Origin: Epiperipatus broadwayi
Lineage: Eukaryota; Animalia; Onychophora
Length of the DNA stretch: 64,000 nt
Reading direction: 5' to 3'
Assembly (NCBI GenBank): GCA_028023455.1
Contig: JAQFVV010000008.1
Location: 11,346,001-11,410,000, forward strand
Within the stretch, counting starts at the first letter, position 1. Every line of letters starts with the position of its first letter. The notes beneath the pieces are model-generated. The model was not told the origin of the DNA, did not search any database, and was given only the letters and a program-made list of their open reading frames with translations. The translations under genes and the position numbers were made by a program. Positions 27,431 through 41,720 of the stretch are shown here, piece after piece.

Positions 27431-28980
27431 CAAAATCAGAGGTCGATCTCATACATATCAGTAGAGAAATATACAATTATATCTTGTATACATTAATATT
27501 TTTTGATAGTTGTAATTTATTTCAAAAAAATTTTAAAAATTTATTTGGATAGTAAGTGAAGAAATATTAAAAAATATTAATTTCATTATTACTGTCGTTC
27601 TCTCACAGCTTTTTATCGATGACTGGAAGGTTGAATGGTTAAATATGTTATCTCAAATATTAAGTATTTATGTTTTGATTAAAGAGAGCATATTGTTTTT
27701 GGTGAAAAAAAAAAAAGCAAATATGGAAACCCTAGTGTCTAGAAATGTTGAAATAATTGATGGAAAAGATGGAATCATTATAAAGAGAGGATATTGTTTT
27801 TGCTGTTAAAAAAAAAAGTAAATATGAAAACCTTAGTGTTGAAAAAATTGATGGAAAAGATGGAGAATCATTATAAAGAAGTGAATAATAAATTTGATAG
27901 TCATATTAAAGAATTAAGAGAAATGAATAATAAGTTTAATGTTCAAAATGAAAAGTTAGAAGAAATGAGCAGATTAGATAATCAAACTAAAGAATCTAAA
28001 AAAAGTAAAAATAGAATATCTTAAAATATCAGAAGAGGTTTCTTTAGAAACAATAACATCAACAAAAGTTGGAAAAAGTAGAAATAAATTGTTCTGATGA
28101 TTTAGTAGAAATAGAGTATATAAATAACAGAAAAGCTTAGATATGAATCTTTCAAATGTTGAGCAATTACAACAAAGTGAAAAGGTAAATGCTAAAGATA
28201 GAGAATTATAAATATTACTAAAGTTCCAAAGGAGTTAAAAGAAGAGCATACCCTCATATTTATTAAGTTACAAATGGTGCAACCAACTCTGGCTCGATCC
28301 AAAACCAAAATCAAAGATCAGAATCTCATATATATCTGTAGAGAAATATAAAATTATATCTTGTATATGTTAATAATATTTTATAGGCAATCGTAATCCA
28401 TCAAAATTTTTTAAAGAATTTGTTTGAATAATGGGTGAAAAAATATTTTCTACGCTTAAAAAAATAATAATAATTCGTTATTATTGTTGTTCTTTTGCAG
28501 GTTTTTATCGATAGCTGGAAAGTTGAATGAACGAATATTTTACGTCAAATAGTAAAATAATTTTTTTTGGTTAAAGAGAGAATATTATTTTTAACTATAT
28601 ATATATAAAGTAAATATGGAAGCTGATAGTGCTGAAACATTAGCAGGACCTGAAGATGGTATTCAGGGAATTTTGGAAAAAATGATAGAAGATATAAATA
28701 GAGAAATGAATAATAAATGTGAGATTCAAAGTAAAAAGTTTAGAAAAGATATGAAGAATAAATTTGATATTCACATTAAAGAATAATAAAGAGAGGTTCA
28801 AAATGATAAAATAGAAGAAATGAGAAGATTAGATAATCAAAATAAAGAATCTAAAAAAGTAAAAATAGAAAATCATTAAGTAATAGAATAGTTATCTTTA
28901 GAAACAATAACTATGACTGAAAATTTTGAAAAGATAGAAACAAATTGTTCTGATGATGTAATAACAATAAAGTATATAAA
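27431..28980 (+). repeat. Two tandem ~875-bp copies encoding a coiled-coil, possibly gag-like
   Basis: ccaaaatca..gatctcata.atatc.gtagagaaatata recurs at ~27431 and ~28306. Lys/Glu-rich heptad ORF 27794. The gag identity is inference. Confidence 0.5.
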
Positions 28981-29883
28981 AGAGCAAAAAAGCAATCACA
29001 AAATTTACTGGGCATAGTACCATGTGAAAATATAAACTTAAAACCAACAGAGATTTCAAATAGTTATGTATATACAACATGAAATTGCATGCAGGCAAAA
29101 AATCAAATTCTGATTCTTGCCTATGCCTTGGTACTCATGCTGTGGAGTCAGTAGTTTTCTCACATCTTGCATCACATTATTTTCAATTCTATAGCTAACA
29201 AATGAGGTGTATGCAAATAAATTATATCTCTATGGGACAATAAACATAAAGATAGCATCACTGGAATGCATAAAGAATATAAACATCACTGATGTACACA
29301 AAAAATATAAAATGAAGAGATGAAACTCATTTTATCAGTGATACAGACAGCAAACTACAATTTTTAGTTTTCAATAGACAAGGAGACAATTGCTATGATA
29401 ATAAATGCAAATCCATCTTCTGGAAATGATTTGTTTTGTATCTTTTATTAGGATGAATCTTTTTCTTATAGATGCCTTTGAGATTTGCTAACTTTTGGGG
29501 TACAAGATAAAAATGAAGAATTCATATGCAATTTATTTTGGAGATGCTGAAGCTATGGATTATCTCAGGTAAGAAGTATTATATAAGGTTTGAAATATAA
29601 TTTTGTGACGAATACAAAGAAATTATCAAGGAAGATGCAATGTAAACTTAGTTAATGATAATTTAGAAATTATGAACAAACAATAAAGTAATAATTATAT
29701 CGGATGTTGAAATTTCTTTTTTTTTTCCTTATTTTTTCTTAGCCTTATTATTTTCCTTAGTTTTTCTAGTTTCTATCAATGTAAAGCTTTTTGCTTTAAC
29801 ATGATTAAAACTGAAGTTATTGTGAAAAGTGTGTCTCAAATTAGTTTTTTAAAATTCAGTATGGCAGCCTGGACATTAAACAA

Positions 29884-31226
29884 ATTAAAAGCAGGTGAAG
29901 AAATACAAAATTTTTTGGCAAAGTTATATACCAAATGTCTAAATGATAAACATGTACCAGATGATTGGACAAATGCAATATTAATATTTAAAAAATGTGA
30001 TAAAAAAGATATTAAAAATTACAGACCTTTCAGCCTTTTATCAATTGTATACAAATTTTTTTCCCAAGATAATTACAACTCATCTTTAGAGAACATTGGA
30101 TTTCCACCAACCAAGAGAACACGCTGGATTTAAAAGTGGTTTTAGTGCAGTAGATCACATCCAGGTATTGAGAGAAGTTATAGAAAGAACAAATGAATAT
30201 GAGTTGCCATTATGCTTTGGATTTGTAGGTTATGAAAAGGCATTTGATTCTATAAACATTTCTCCAGTGATTAAAGCATTGGACCATCAAGGTATAGATT
30301 CAAGATATTGTTGTATTTTAAAGAATATTTATAAAAATGCAACAACAACAATTAGATTACCTAATGATACTAGGAAAGTCAACATTGAGAAGGGTGTAAG
30401 ACAGGGTGACTCCATATCTCCAAAACTTTTTACAGCAGTGCTGCAAGAAGTATTTTGTGGATTAAAATGGGAAGCTAAAGAGTGAAAGTAAATGGAGATT
30501 ATTTAAGTCATTTAGATTTTGCAGATGATGTAGTTGTTTTTGCAAATAATGCTTTAAAGCTGCAGGAAATGTTGCAAGAGTTATCAGATGAAAGTAGGAC
30601 TAAAGATAAATGTTAAAAAGACTAAATTAATGTTTAATGGATTTTCTCAAAATATGAAAATAAAGATTGATTATGATGAGTTAGAGGAAGTTAACAGCTA
30701 CAAATACCTTGGTCAGATTATTAATACAGGTGGAAACATAATGGATGAAATTAATCATAGAATTAAACGTGTTTGAAAAGGAAGGTTTTTAATAAATGGG
30801 TTTCACCAGTTGTAACTTATGGATCTGAGACTTGGTCACTTAATAGAAGAGTAATATAGAGACTTCAGACCACTCAAAAAAGTATGGAGAGATGCATGTT
30901 GGGAGTAAAAAGAAGAGATCAAAAATGCAATATATGGGTAAGAGAACAAGTGTTATTGACCTCATTGAAAAAATTAAAAGACTGATGTGGAGGTGGGCTG
31001 GATATATTGCTAGAAGAGATAATAGATGGACAATTGAAACCATAAACTGGATTCTAAGAGATTGTAAAAGACCCAGAAAGAGACCACATGTGAGATGGAT
31101 GGATGAAATAAGAAAGTATGCAGGGGTGATGTGGAGAAGAGCAGCTAAAGATTGGAGAAGATGGAATGAACTTGGAGAGATCTTCATCCTGCAGTGGATT
31201 GATAATGGTTGATGGTGATAATGATT
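29884..31226 (+). mobile_element. 5'-truncated RTE LINE of the same family as 53902-57127
   Basis: ORFs 29801, 30096, 30588 and 30892 match the minus-arm RT and C-terminus (...FILQWIDNG). GAT-type tail at 31201-31226. Frameshifted. Confidence 0.92.
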
Positions 31227-31844
31227 AAGTGAAAATCTTAAAATTTAGGACTTTTAACCATTTCTACTTTATATGCATTTCACATTTAGTGACTTTATGC
31301 AATAGTCAGGGTCTATGGTTTGCAGGCTATCTATAATTTCCAGTGCTCAAACTTCTTATGAAATCCAGAGCAATAATTTTTTGATTATATATTCATTTAT
31401 TAAATAGTTATCTATAAGATTGATTGATGGTTTCCCCATATTCTATCCTCTTCAATGATGGATAGAGATAAAAATTTAACTAACACTATTTTATATGGGT
31501 GTGATTAAAATAAGTTAACAAATGTTATTAGGAGAAAAAAAAAAAGTTTTTATAAAATCCATTTTTAAGGTTTATTTATGTTTAATATTTCTCAAAAATT
31601 ATAAGATAAAAATTAAATATAATTATGTATCATGTTTGGCACCAATATTCCATTCAAAGGAAAAGGGACCCCCCCCCCCCCGAGATATTCTTATTTTTAT
31701 ATATAATACAATCCATTTCATTAAGATAACATTTACAAATGGGGGAGGGTGAATTTCAAGAATACAAATTAGTAGCCGAAAGCTTTGTATCCTTGAAATT
31801 TCTTTTTAAAAGATTTTTTTTTTTTTTTAAATTATATTAATTAC

Positions 31845-32440
31845 ATGCTGTTTCTCATTACAATGTTTTATCGAGCAGATTTGCATTTTTCGCCCTCTAT
31901 TAAAAAATTTTGCGAACCTATTTTTTTTTTTTACAGATTTAAAATTCATGTATATTTTTTCTAATACTTTAATTTCAAAAAAGATCAGGAAAATCGAATA
32001 AGCAAGTCTTCAAAGTTCCTTAAACTCTACGATGTTGGATACCTATTATATATTTGGCGATCTCAAACTTTGCGAGATTACTTTTGTATTGTAATTTTAG
32101 AATAATTATTAGAAATCAAAAATATATATTATTACATATTTATTTTTTATAGAAATATTTTATTTTTAAATATAAAAGCATATATTCTTCTGAGTAACAT
32201 CACTATGGAGACTACAACCACGGAAAATTCAACAATCTAGAAAATGTTGTCACTAAACAATCTGTAATAACATTTAGCGATATTATAAAAATTATTAAAA
32301 AATTGTAAATATTTAAAAGTATAATTTGATTGATTTACTAATTATTGAAAATAATTCATTTCAAATTTTTAAAATAAAGATTTAGTTCATTTTGCAAATT
32401 AAATCTGCTCCACCTAACATTTGATGATGAAACAGCATCT
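31845..32440. repeat. Degenerate inverted-repeat pair (old MITE)
   Basis: catgctgtttc...gagcagattt at ~31845-31885 versus its reverse complement at ~32395-32440. Confidence 0.4.
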
Positions 32441-33617
32441 TGTTTTGATTATAATCTAATTTTTAAAATAATTCTGAAAATCAAAGGTTTTTTTTTTTTA
32501 ATTTATTTAATTTCTGATAAATAATAATTCTGATAAATAATAATGGTTTCATATTGAAGTGAAAGCTTAAAGGAAGAACAAAAAAATCTGTCACAGTACA
32601 GGACGGTTAATAAAAATGATAATTTTCAACTAATATCAATTAAGAAAATATTTTCTTGGACAAATTTATAAAAATGTAAATATCTACAATTATCTTTTTA
32701 TATTGTTTAATTAAGTAATTTTATTAAATCCCCTTTAACAATAATTTTTCAAGGTGAAACAATATTTATTATCAGGTGTATCATTTTTTAAAACTATGAA
32801 TACTAAAACAATTTTTATCTGTATTTAATAGTTGTAGTTATATTTTAATGGAAAAAGCTAAACTTTTACATAATTTAATTGGATTTCAATTTTAAAAAGT
32901 TCTGAATATGCAAAAAAAAAAAAAAGGTAACTAAAAACAGGAAAAGATTTGAGAATTAAAAAGATTTTTAAAACACAGACAGATACATAAGATTCCAAAT
33001 ATGCAGCAGGTGAGTTTTTTGTTGTGATTACAAATAAAAATAAATGAGTTTTGTTTAACTATATCAATTCATAAATACTGATTTCAATTTTCTTTTAAAA
33101 TCAAACTACAAGATCATCAATAAAAAATGTTTTTAAAAATTATCATTTTTAAATAAAAATTTATCAAACCCATTGAAGATAATACAATACAAATTAATTA
33201 GTATTTCTATTTCCATTTTAATAGTGGTTCAAAATATAGTCGTAGTATTTTCATCTATATGCGCTTACAATTTATTTCTCAATAATTATAAAAATGTAAT
33301 GAATATATTATAATTTTATATGCACGATAGTTATCTCTTTATATATGGATATAGAAAAACACTATTTTCCAAAGAATAATATGTTAAACTATAAAATTCC
33401 TTTTGACAATTATTTTATATCTCTAATTCTTGTAACAAATTCATATAACTCTTAAAAAATGGTCACTCCGCCATTGTTTTAGGGAACAAAGTAAATAAAT
33501 ATCAAACTATTAATTATAAATACTTATAGTAAAATTTTTGTTTTTGCCAACAAAATTTGGAACATATATAATACAGAATGCTTAAACTTATAATTTAATA
33601 TTTTACTTCTTAGAAAA

Positions 33618-34954
33618 GGTTGTCGTCGAATAGCCACTATATCCCTCTCGATGGTGCAGTTTTCACGCTTAAACTATAAAATATGATCATTCCCGGGCCA
33701 TTAATTATAATCATTTCGATGTGTTTTTTGTAATGCGAAAATAAAATCAAAAGAAAATCGTCTTTTTTAAATATTATTTAATTGTAAATATTATTTTTTA
33801 TTAACGTATACAAATTAAATGATAATAATAAATATAAAATAAAATAAACAAATTACAATTTGATTTGTCTTTTTTAGTTTGCTTTTTAGTAGAAAAATCA
33901 ATTTTCTATCAGAGATTTTTTTACTGGGGTTTATGGCTTTTTTTTTTTTGTAGTTTAAAAACTCATAATCGGAATAAAAAGTAAAAATTCTTAGTCTTCC
34001 TTTTACATTTTATTTCTACAGAGAAACAGATATTATTGTGTTATTGCTATTTTTTACTTTTTTAGTCTTTGTTTTACTTTTTTTTTTTTTCATAGATGTT
34101 ACAGCTATTTTTTATTTCAAATAGAATGACAACTAAAAGTAAAAGTTGTTACGGTTAGGTTTAGGGTTAGTGTTCTGTTGTTTGTAATGCTAAAATAAAA
34201 ATATCAAAATCGTATTTTTTGTAAATATTTTTTTTTACTAACATATCTATAAAATAAATGATAACAATAAACGTAAACTATATTCAACAAAGTATAACAG
34301 TAGTCGGAGAAAAGAAACAAACTTTTTTAAACAACAACAAATATATATGTAAAATGTCTTCTTTACTTATTAAACGTGTTTATAATATATGCTTTTTATG
34401 ACATTTAAAAAAACAGTGTACAATTGTACTTTTCTTACTGGATATTTTTGTGTTAACGCTCTTTTTTATTTCAAAAATATACACACGGTACAATCTTCTT
34501 TGTCTCGTGGAATGTTACAAACAGTACGTTACTTGACGCGTTACCTAATTCCAAATCACTTTATAATATATCTCGTCAACATTTACCGCTTAAAACTTCA
34601 ATACACTACAGTGTAAAAAGTCTGTTAATTATTACTTTACAAAATCTGAACATTTCAATACTTTAAAATAAAAACAAATTCAATGAAAACAACATTTCCA
34701 TCCAATTCAAAAAAACACACCCTCTGACCAGGCCATAACCATTTTATAAACTGTGCGAATTCGGAAAATGTATTTGCTGCGATGCGACATACATGCTTTA
34801 CTGCGACGCGACATAGCAATCTGTAGCACAACAAAAAAACTGTATTATAAAAAACGCAGGTTCGAACGTGCCGGCCGTGGAAACGGCATTTTTAAGTGTT
34901 TTAGCGCGAAAACGGCACCATCCAGTGGGATATGGTGGCTCTTCTACGACTATC
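33618..34954. mobile_element. Non-autonomous TIR element (long imperfect TIRs, 8-9-bp TSD; possibly MULE-like)
   Basis: ~85-bp inverted repeats (gtcgt.gaa.agccac.atatccc.ct.gatggtgc.gttt...). (c)ttagaaaa duplicated at 33609-33617 and 34954-34962. Confidence 0.7.
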
Positions 34955-36100
34955 TTAGAAAATACAAATGATTATCACATCCATCACTACTAAGGAAGTA
35001 TATCTGCTACTGTCTAAAATAGTAAAACTTGTTATGTCATAAAACTCTGGGATTCTATAACTTATCTTATTACTAGATGCACTTTCCCTTTAACTGAGAT
35101 AATCAGCAAAACTGCCTACCAAATGATTTCTGTTTTTCTTTGCATTCCATAATCAATCACAAATCAAGAAATGGTTTTTCCTCCACTTTTATACATACAG
35201 ATTGATACCAAGTCAGACAGATATTTGCAAACAAATAACATCAATTATTCTGTCCTAATTAGATGATTTATATCACATAAAAAAATAAAATCATCTTTAT
35301 GAAGAACTTAAGGGAAAAATATTCCATTTTATAATAAAAATTAATCTTCTAATATCTCAAAATAAAGTGTCAACTTCAAATTTCATAAGTATTCAAATCA
35401 AATAAATCTCATGCAAGAACAAATGTTTCCATAAAAGCAAAACTATACTGCATGTAAGCATATAATTTATTAGATAACATCACATTTTCTTTTTTTCTAC
35501 AAAAGCATTCCAAATTCCTTCACTCATAATGGAAACAATAAATACAAGATTAAAATGAATTATTATAATTAAAAAAAAATTAAATATTTATTAATTAATT
35601 AATATGCTTATAAAACCAGGTGAAGATAATTCATGCGCAAAACTACACATGGGAATTTTGAAATAATCAATATTCCCAAGTGTAATTTTGCTCATATCAA
35701 CTAAAAATAAATTAGCACTAATTCATCTACAAAGGTATGTACCTGTAACATTGATTAAATTATCTATTACTTGAATTATTTTGTAAATAGTAAAACTGTA
35801 TTTCATTCATTTTATAATTATTATGTTCATCTCAGTGGTTTTATGAAAATTTATCTTAAAAATCGCAGTTATTGTTAAATATATTTAAATTAAACATACA
35901 ATATTGAGACTATAGTACTAGCAACAACAAAGATGATGTATTTCTGTAAGTATATTGTGGCCAATACAATTGTGTCTGAATTAAAATAAGTGCCTGTCAA
36001 TTAGTGTTCACTTGTCCACACAAGTAATGATAAACAGCCTTCAAATGGCCGACTGCAAACCAAAGGCTACTTTAAGAGCCTCTCTTATAGGCACAGTGAA

Positions 36101-36240
36101 GAGAAAGACAATCCTTACCAAGAACTGGCATTTGCTGGGCTATAAGAGTTTGAACAATTTTCCATTCTTGAGAAAGACAATCCTTACCAAGAACTGGCAT
36201 TTGCTGGGCTATAAGAGTTTGAACAATTTTCCATTCTTGA
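36101..36240 (+). repeat. Perfect 69-bp tandem duplication
   Basis: gagaaagacaatcc...ccattctt at 36101 and 36170. Confidence 0.95.
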
Positions 36241-36703
36241 TTTATCCTCTACAATAATAGTGTCAACTTTCTGAAAAAAATATTTTAAACCTGGTTTTAA
36301 ATTTTAGCTAATCTGAACTTGAATCTCAGGTTCTGAGTATTTGCTTTAACAGAAAGATGATTGCATAATTAAAGGTTTTTTTTTTACCATTCTTTTTTTT
36401 GTTTAAAACAAAAAGATCCAGTATTAATACTTAATATTGGGGCCCATAATAAAATGGTATGGAAATTCCTGCTTCAACATAATAATAACTGAAATATCTT
36501 TCTGTTTACTGTCAATTTGCATTAATCATCAATTTACTTTTCCAAAAACTATGATTATATTAATTTTTGGCATCTTCTAATAATATTATTCAAAATTCTA
36601 AATTAATTTACTGCTCTGCAGAACTTTTTAGACATTTGTTTTAGTAGTTTTTAATAAATTATTAACATGAATATTTTCAAACTATTTCAATTGACATAAT
36701 TAC

Positions 36704-36825
36704 CCATGTTGTCGAAAATGAACACTGACTTCTTCAATTGGTCCAAATTTAACAAAACGTCTATATATTTCATGCTTTGTAGTTCCCGAAAGAATATTTC
36801 CTATATATACAACCCTACGTTCATC
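36704..36825 (-). CDS. srl/PPARGC1: PGC-1-family RRM exon (RNP2)
   Basis: ttttatatag|GAT GAA CGT ... CAT GG|GTAATT, 122 nt, encoding DERRVVYIGNILSGTTKHEIYRRFVKFGPIEEVSVHFRQH(G). Matches the PGC-1/spargel EERRVVYVG...RF..FG.I...SVHFR..G motif. Confidence 0.93.
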
Positions 36826-36914
36826 CTATATAAAATAAATAAAAATAATAAGATTATCATCAATAATCGCAATTAAAAGACAATTATATGGGAAAAATTT
36901 TTTTATTCAATTAC

Positions 36915-36972
36915 AATTTGTTTTTTCTTTTCCAGCTCCTTGTTGGATTTAATTTTTTCAACTGAACATGAC
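36915..36972 (-). CDS. srl/PPARGC1: PGC-1-family exon preceding the RRM
   Basis: ttttttacag|G TCA TGT ... CAA ATT|GTAATT, 58 nt, encoding (R)SCSVEKIKSNKELEKKKQI. Phase 2 start matches the CG| end of the 58543 exon; phase 0 end matches the next exon. Resembles the family's EKxRQI-EERRV junction. Confidence 0.85.
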
Positions 36973-38000
36973 CTGTAAAAAAAATAAAAATCCATAAATA
37001 TATTTCTGCTAGAGAATATTGTATAAATTTAATAAATCTCAAATTAAAATTAAAAAAAAAAAATTCAACTGTTTTCTCACAATATTTTGTAATGGTTTCC
37101 ATAACAATAAATACTTTTCACTTAAAGATTTAATTTAAAATCATCTTAATTATTTTAATAATATATTTATATACTTTATTGTGGGATATGGATTTCTGTA
37201 TTCTTGTTCTATTAAATTTTAAATCCATAATATTTATTGAAAACTTTTTTTTTTCATTTTCTTTTAAAATAAGAGGCTATTTCCATCTTCAGTATTCTAT
37301 TTAACCTTTATTTCCTCTCTTTTTTTAAGTCATTGAATATTAATGCTTTCTATCATTAGTTCTATTTTATTGTTCTCATCTGATAGCTCTGTACATTTTC
37401 TAAAAAGCTGAACCATTAAAAACCAATCACATCATAAATCTCTATCACTGACACATTATTTTAAAAAAACAAAGTGTGAAATGGAGCTTTAGTCAGAACT
37501 ATCACTACAAGATGTGACAGTAAAAGGCAAATTAAAGTTTTAAACTAGATCCCCTCCCCCAAGATCTTATAGAAAAGATTATATGTGAGCTGGATGGGTG
37601 AAATATGTTAAGTTTGCTGATGTGATATAAAAAAAAACTTATGAATAGGGGACAAAATTATAAAAAGAATATTAATTCTATATTTTCTCCATATAAATAT
37701 ATAAAGCCAAAATAATATTACAAAAGGCAATATACAATTAGAAATGATTTTAAATATTTCAAAAATATCTTATTTCCAATAAATAATACATCAAAAGCAT
37801 TAAAAATATAGGTAAAGTAAAATAAGATTATAAAAAAAAAAAGTTTGATGTAAATTCTAGATCAATGGGAAGTGTTGATTATTTTGATAAGCAGTCATAC
37901 CAAAGTTCAGAAGTATAATTTTGGAACTATAATAGCAAGTTATTTTATGCTCACAGAGTTTTAAAACTCATAGTAGATGAAATATAAAATCATGATTAGC

Positions 38001-38600
38001 TACGGAAATTACATGGTACTGGTAGAGATAGTGTACTGCCACTGATTTAAAAAAAAAAAAAAAAATTTAGAAAAAATAAATAAAAAAAAAAGATCGATTT
38101 TTAAAAAAAATGAATGTAAAATACATGGATTTATGACACGACGAAATTGCATGTAACAATATTAATAACCAATGCAGATTTAAATAGATGTGGCTTGTAT
38201 ATTATTGTACATTATTGACACCTTTATATTATATGCTATCTATCTTTTAAGTAATATGTGCGTAGACGTTAATCTTGCGGTTAGAGAGCACAGTTTCTCT
38301 GTGCGTAGCGTGGAAAAACAGCGCCGTGTAGTGGGCCTGAATCTTGGTAGTCGCTGTTAGCAGACGACATAAGTTAAATGGGCTTACGCATGGCAACCAG
38401 CACCACCAAGCGGGCAGCTTTGGTGCCAGCTAGCTGGTGGAATGTTCCTGTGCTTACGCATGGTGAACAGCGCTACCCGGTTACTGAAACAAGCACTGCT
38501 GCTTTTGGGCCCCTACTGTGGATATTTCTGTGTGTTTAAGCAGAAATGACGTCTCTAGCAGTGGCAGTACTCTATCTCCACCAGTACCGTATTTTTGGTG
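38001..38600. mobile_element. MITE-like element with inverted termini and a GC/CpG-rich core
   Basis: ggtactggtagagatagtgtactgccactg (38015-38044) is the near-perfect reverse complement of 38559-38588. TSD not found. Confidence 0.6.
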
Positions 38601-39641
38601 TTTGTTAGTATTCAAGACCACCATAAACACAGTTGCATGTAAAGAGAAATAGAAGAGATTTCATTTGCCAGTTCTAAATGATGACAATAGATGATAATAG
38701 GGATATTGTATCAAATGCTGGTATGGTAAATCACAATAAAAGATCGTATTTCTAAATGATGCAGGGTAACTCACAAGTTTAAATATATCCAAATCAGAAA
38801 ATGAAATAAAAACTGCATTAATAGATTAAAGAATTCACTGCCAATTATAAATACTTTGGCTTTTTAATAAAAACAATATAATTAGGAATATCTAAATGAC
38901 TATAAATGACATTTTAAATGGAAACATTTATTGTCAATAAAGGCCATCAAAAAGGAAAACAGAAAAACTAAATATAAATATACAATAAGGGATAAATAAA
39001 TTCAGAATTCTGAAGTGTATTTCCTATTGTTCTTGGGTAATAATAATAAATTCACTTTAATGAAATTGGCAAATGTAAAGGATCACTCCATTCATTTCAT
39101 ATATAATATTATTGAAAAATGATATATTTTTACATCACTCCTACATATCTTCCATCCCCATACTTTAAAATTTATGCATTGTAAAAAAGTTTTATTGTAC
39201 TACTTCGTGATCCATGATGTTTTTATTTTGTGAAACTGCAAAATTATTTTACAGTTACTCAGTTGTAATCTTGCACAATAATGTTCAATGAAAATAGGAT
39301 AAATGAAAATTCTCCCTCTCCATTCCATTAGTTTTTAAACTTGATATATAAATCTAAGCTATTCAATCAAATACACCTCTATTACAAAAATGTAATACTA
39401 AATAACTTTTGTCAAATAAAATTTTTCACAAAATACAGAGCTAACATGTTATCACAAATTCTAAGTTTTGCCGTTTATTCAATATATTTCAAACTATTGA
39501 ATTTTTAAGAAAACTATTTCCGATAAAAATGTTTTGTATTTGTATGTTACATTAGTTTTTGAATTATTGGTAAATTGGGATTTCAGGTGCATCAAACTAG
39601 AAATTCCCATCAACGAATAATGTTGCCCAACAATACACATC

Positions 39642-41183
39642 TAACCCAATAAATAGTGGTAGTTGACTATGCTGGAAAGATTATAAATTTATTATTCTTT
39701 AAAATTTACAGCTTAGCACTGCTTTCGACTAGGTCAATCAGATTCATAGAATTAATATGGGATTTTAAAAAATAGAATTTATAAGTTAAATGAGTTTATA
39801 AATTTAAATATATCATTTGCATAACAATGCAATGCACGAGTCTTTCTTGTTTATCACGTTCATGTTATTTGCAATAAACCACACATCTTTATGTTTTCTT
39901 TTGTGATCATTTGCGTTCAGCGCAAACGACTTTAATATTAAAAATGGATCGAACTTGTGGCCCAGCCAATCTCATGTTCCAAAAATATGGATTTGATGTT
40001 TTAGCATGATTGTACATATATATTTGTGTTGCGCTAATCTTATAGCGCTGTTAGCACGAGACTCATCATAGTAAATTGCTTTTTGCGGATGGTTCATTGT
40101 ATTTAAATTTTATAAATTATTTGGGAAGTTTGGTCTGGAAATAATTCATCTTTGGTATTGTTCAAGGTCTGGTTGAGATGGGGGGGGGTGTCTAAAACTG
40201 ATGTTGAATTTGTTTGGGCAGACTGTTTTCATCTTTTTGGATGTACCGGTATAAAAAGAAGGCTGATTCATACATTAATGTTGTTGTTATTTATGTGTCT
40301 GGTATTTAAAGGGGAATAGATTTTTTTATAAGCTTTATTTAATTTTTTATGATCATATCCTGAATTGACAAGATCTTTTATATAGTTTCTGTACAAAACA
40401 CATTTGAAGCCAGCTAATTTGTGTGAAATTGGAGTGTATGAATGTGGGTGAATCGCATTGCATACATTGAGGGTTTTATGATCATTTTGTAATTTATTTG
40501 TGTGTTTGAATGTTGGATATATATGGTCTAAGACTTTTGTACCATTTGATGCATCTTCGTTTTCTATTGTCCATGCTAAAGAAGATAATTGATTTAGCTC
40601 ATCCTGTACATCAATCAATAATGGTTCTTTTCTTCAGGGTAGATGAAGTCTATGTAGCATATGAAAGTGATGTTGTTGTAGCAAACTTTTTTGAAATGAC
40701 TGCCAAGAGAAATTTGTTTAGTACTATACTACAAATTATTCCACTTAAGGGTAGCCCCATAGGCCATGATCTGTTGCTTCTGTTGAAAAAGGCCGTAATA
40801 TTCACATCCATCCACTTTAGAGCACCAACTATAAAATTGGTTTTGTGCTTATTGAAATTTAATTCAACTAAAATGTCATAAATTATGTCAACAAATAACA
40901 GGTGTGATACTGAACCATAAAGCTCCACTTTATCTAATGAAGCAAGTCTATTGTGAAGGTTATATATCTGAGAATATAAAAATTGTGCGCACTCGAAGAT
41001 TTGATAGGAAATTTGCCCAAACCTAAATGATTAATTAACCATTTGGCTATTAATTTGGTTGTTGTATTAGAGTGCCCCCCAAGATCTATTATAAGTCTAA
41101 GAGGTTGATTTACTTTATGCATTTTTAAACATTTGCGAAAAAGCTGTTGAATAAATCCTTTTATATTCAAAGTTATTAATTGC
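39642..41183 (-). mobile_element. Penelope-like element, 5'-truncated, same family as 49006-51380
   Basis: KMHKVNQPLRLIIDLGG...KLIAKWL, MGLPLSGII and KVLD motifs in ORFs 40934, 40650 and 40268. The 3' end matches 51240-51350. Appears to continue briefly after 41721. Confidence 0.85.
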
Positions 41184-41720
41184 CACAAACTAGAAATTAG
41201 TCTGGGGACATTAGGTACAAGATGGAGATTTTATGGCCATACCTTCCTGCAGTGGGTGTCACCATTATATAGAAAGTTTGCTACTGCATAGGAAATAGCC
41301 ATCGTGAGGTTTGGGTGATTTTATACCGTTCCTGCATATGGTATGATGATAACTATGGTTTTTTGAAAAACCCAAGGCACCAAAATGTATGGATACTGAA
41401 CTGGGTTCAGGTTTCTATGACTAAACAAGCAAATAAGCTTCGATTGAAAACTAATAAAAGTATTTTCATCTTGAGCTTCTAGCTTTATAGTTAACTAAAT
41501 AGGTAAGAGGTAAGTGCATGAGAATTGCATTAGCTCCTTGGATCTAGATGCAGTGCACTCAGATCCAAAGCTCTTCACTGATGGAAGCCACAAGCTAGAA
41601 ATTACTCTGGGGATATTGGAAAAGTAAGCGCTAGATGAGGATTTGATGCACAAAACTTTCTGCATGCCTAACCTACTATTGACAGTTTGCTACTTGATAT
41701 CCTTGCTGTGCTAATGTGGC
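41184..41720 (+). mobile_element. Older, diverged family-A retrozyme copy C, inserted in a Penelope-like element
   Basis: Aligns by eye to 45300-45670. Partial HHR at 41182-41207 and degenerate HHR at 41573-41612. Removing it restores tattaat-tgc-tttgtt, which occurs intact in the Penelope copy at 48128-48143; tgc is duplicated at 41181-83 and 41721-23. Confidence 0.72.
41573..41612 (+). ncRNA. Degenerate type I hammerhead (family A)
   Basis: CUUCA-CUGAUGG-A-AGC-CACAA-GCU-A-GAAA-UUAC-UC-UGGGG. Stem II is AGC/GCU versus GGC/GCC in the other copies (compensatory pair). Core position 9 and the stem III palindrome are mutated. Confidence 0.6.
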
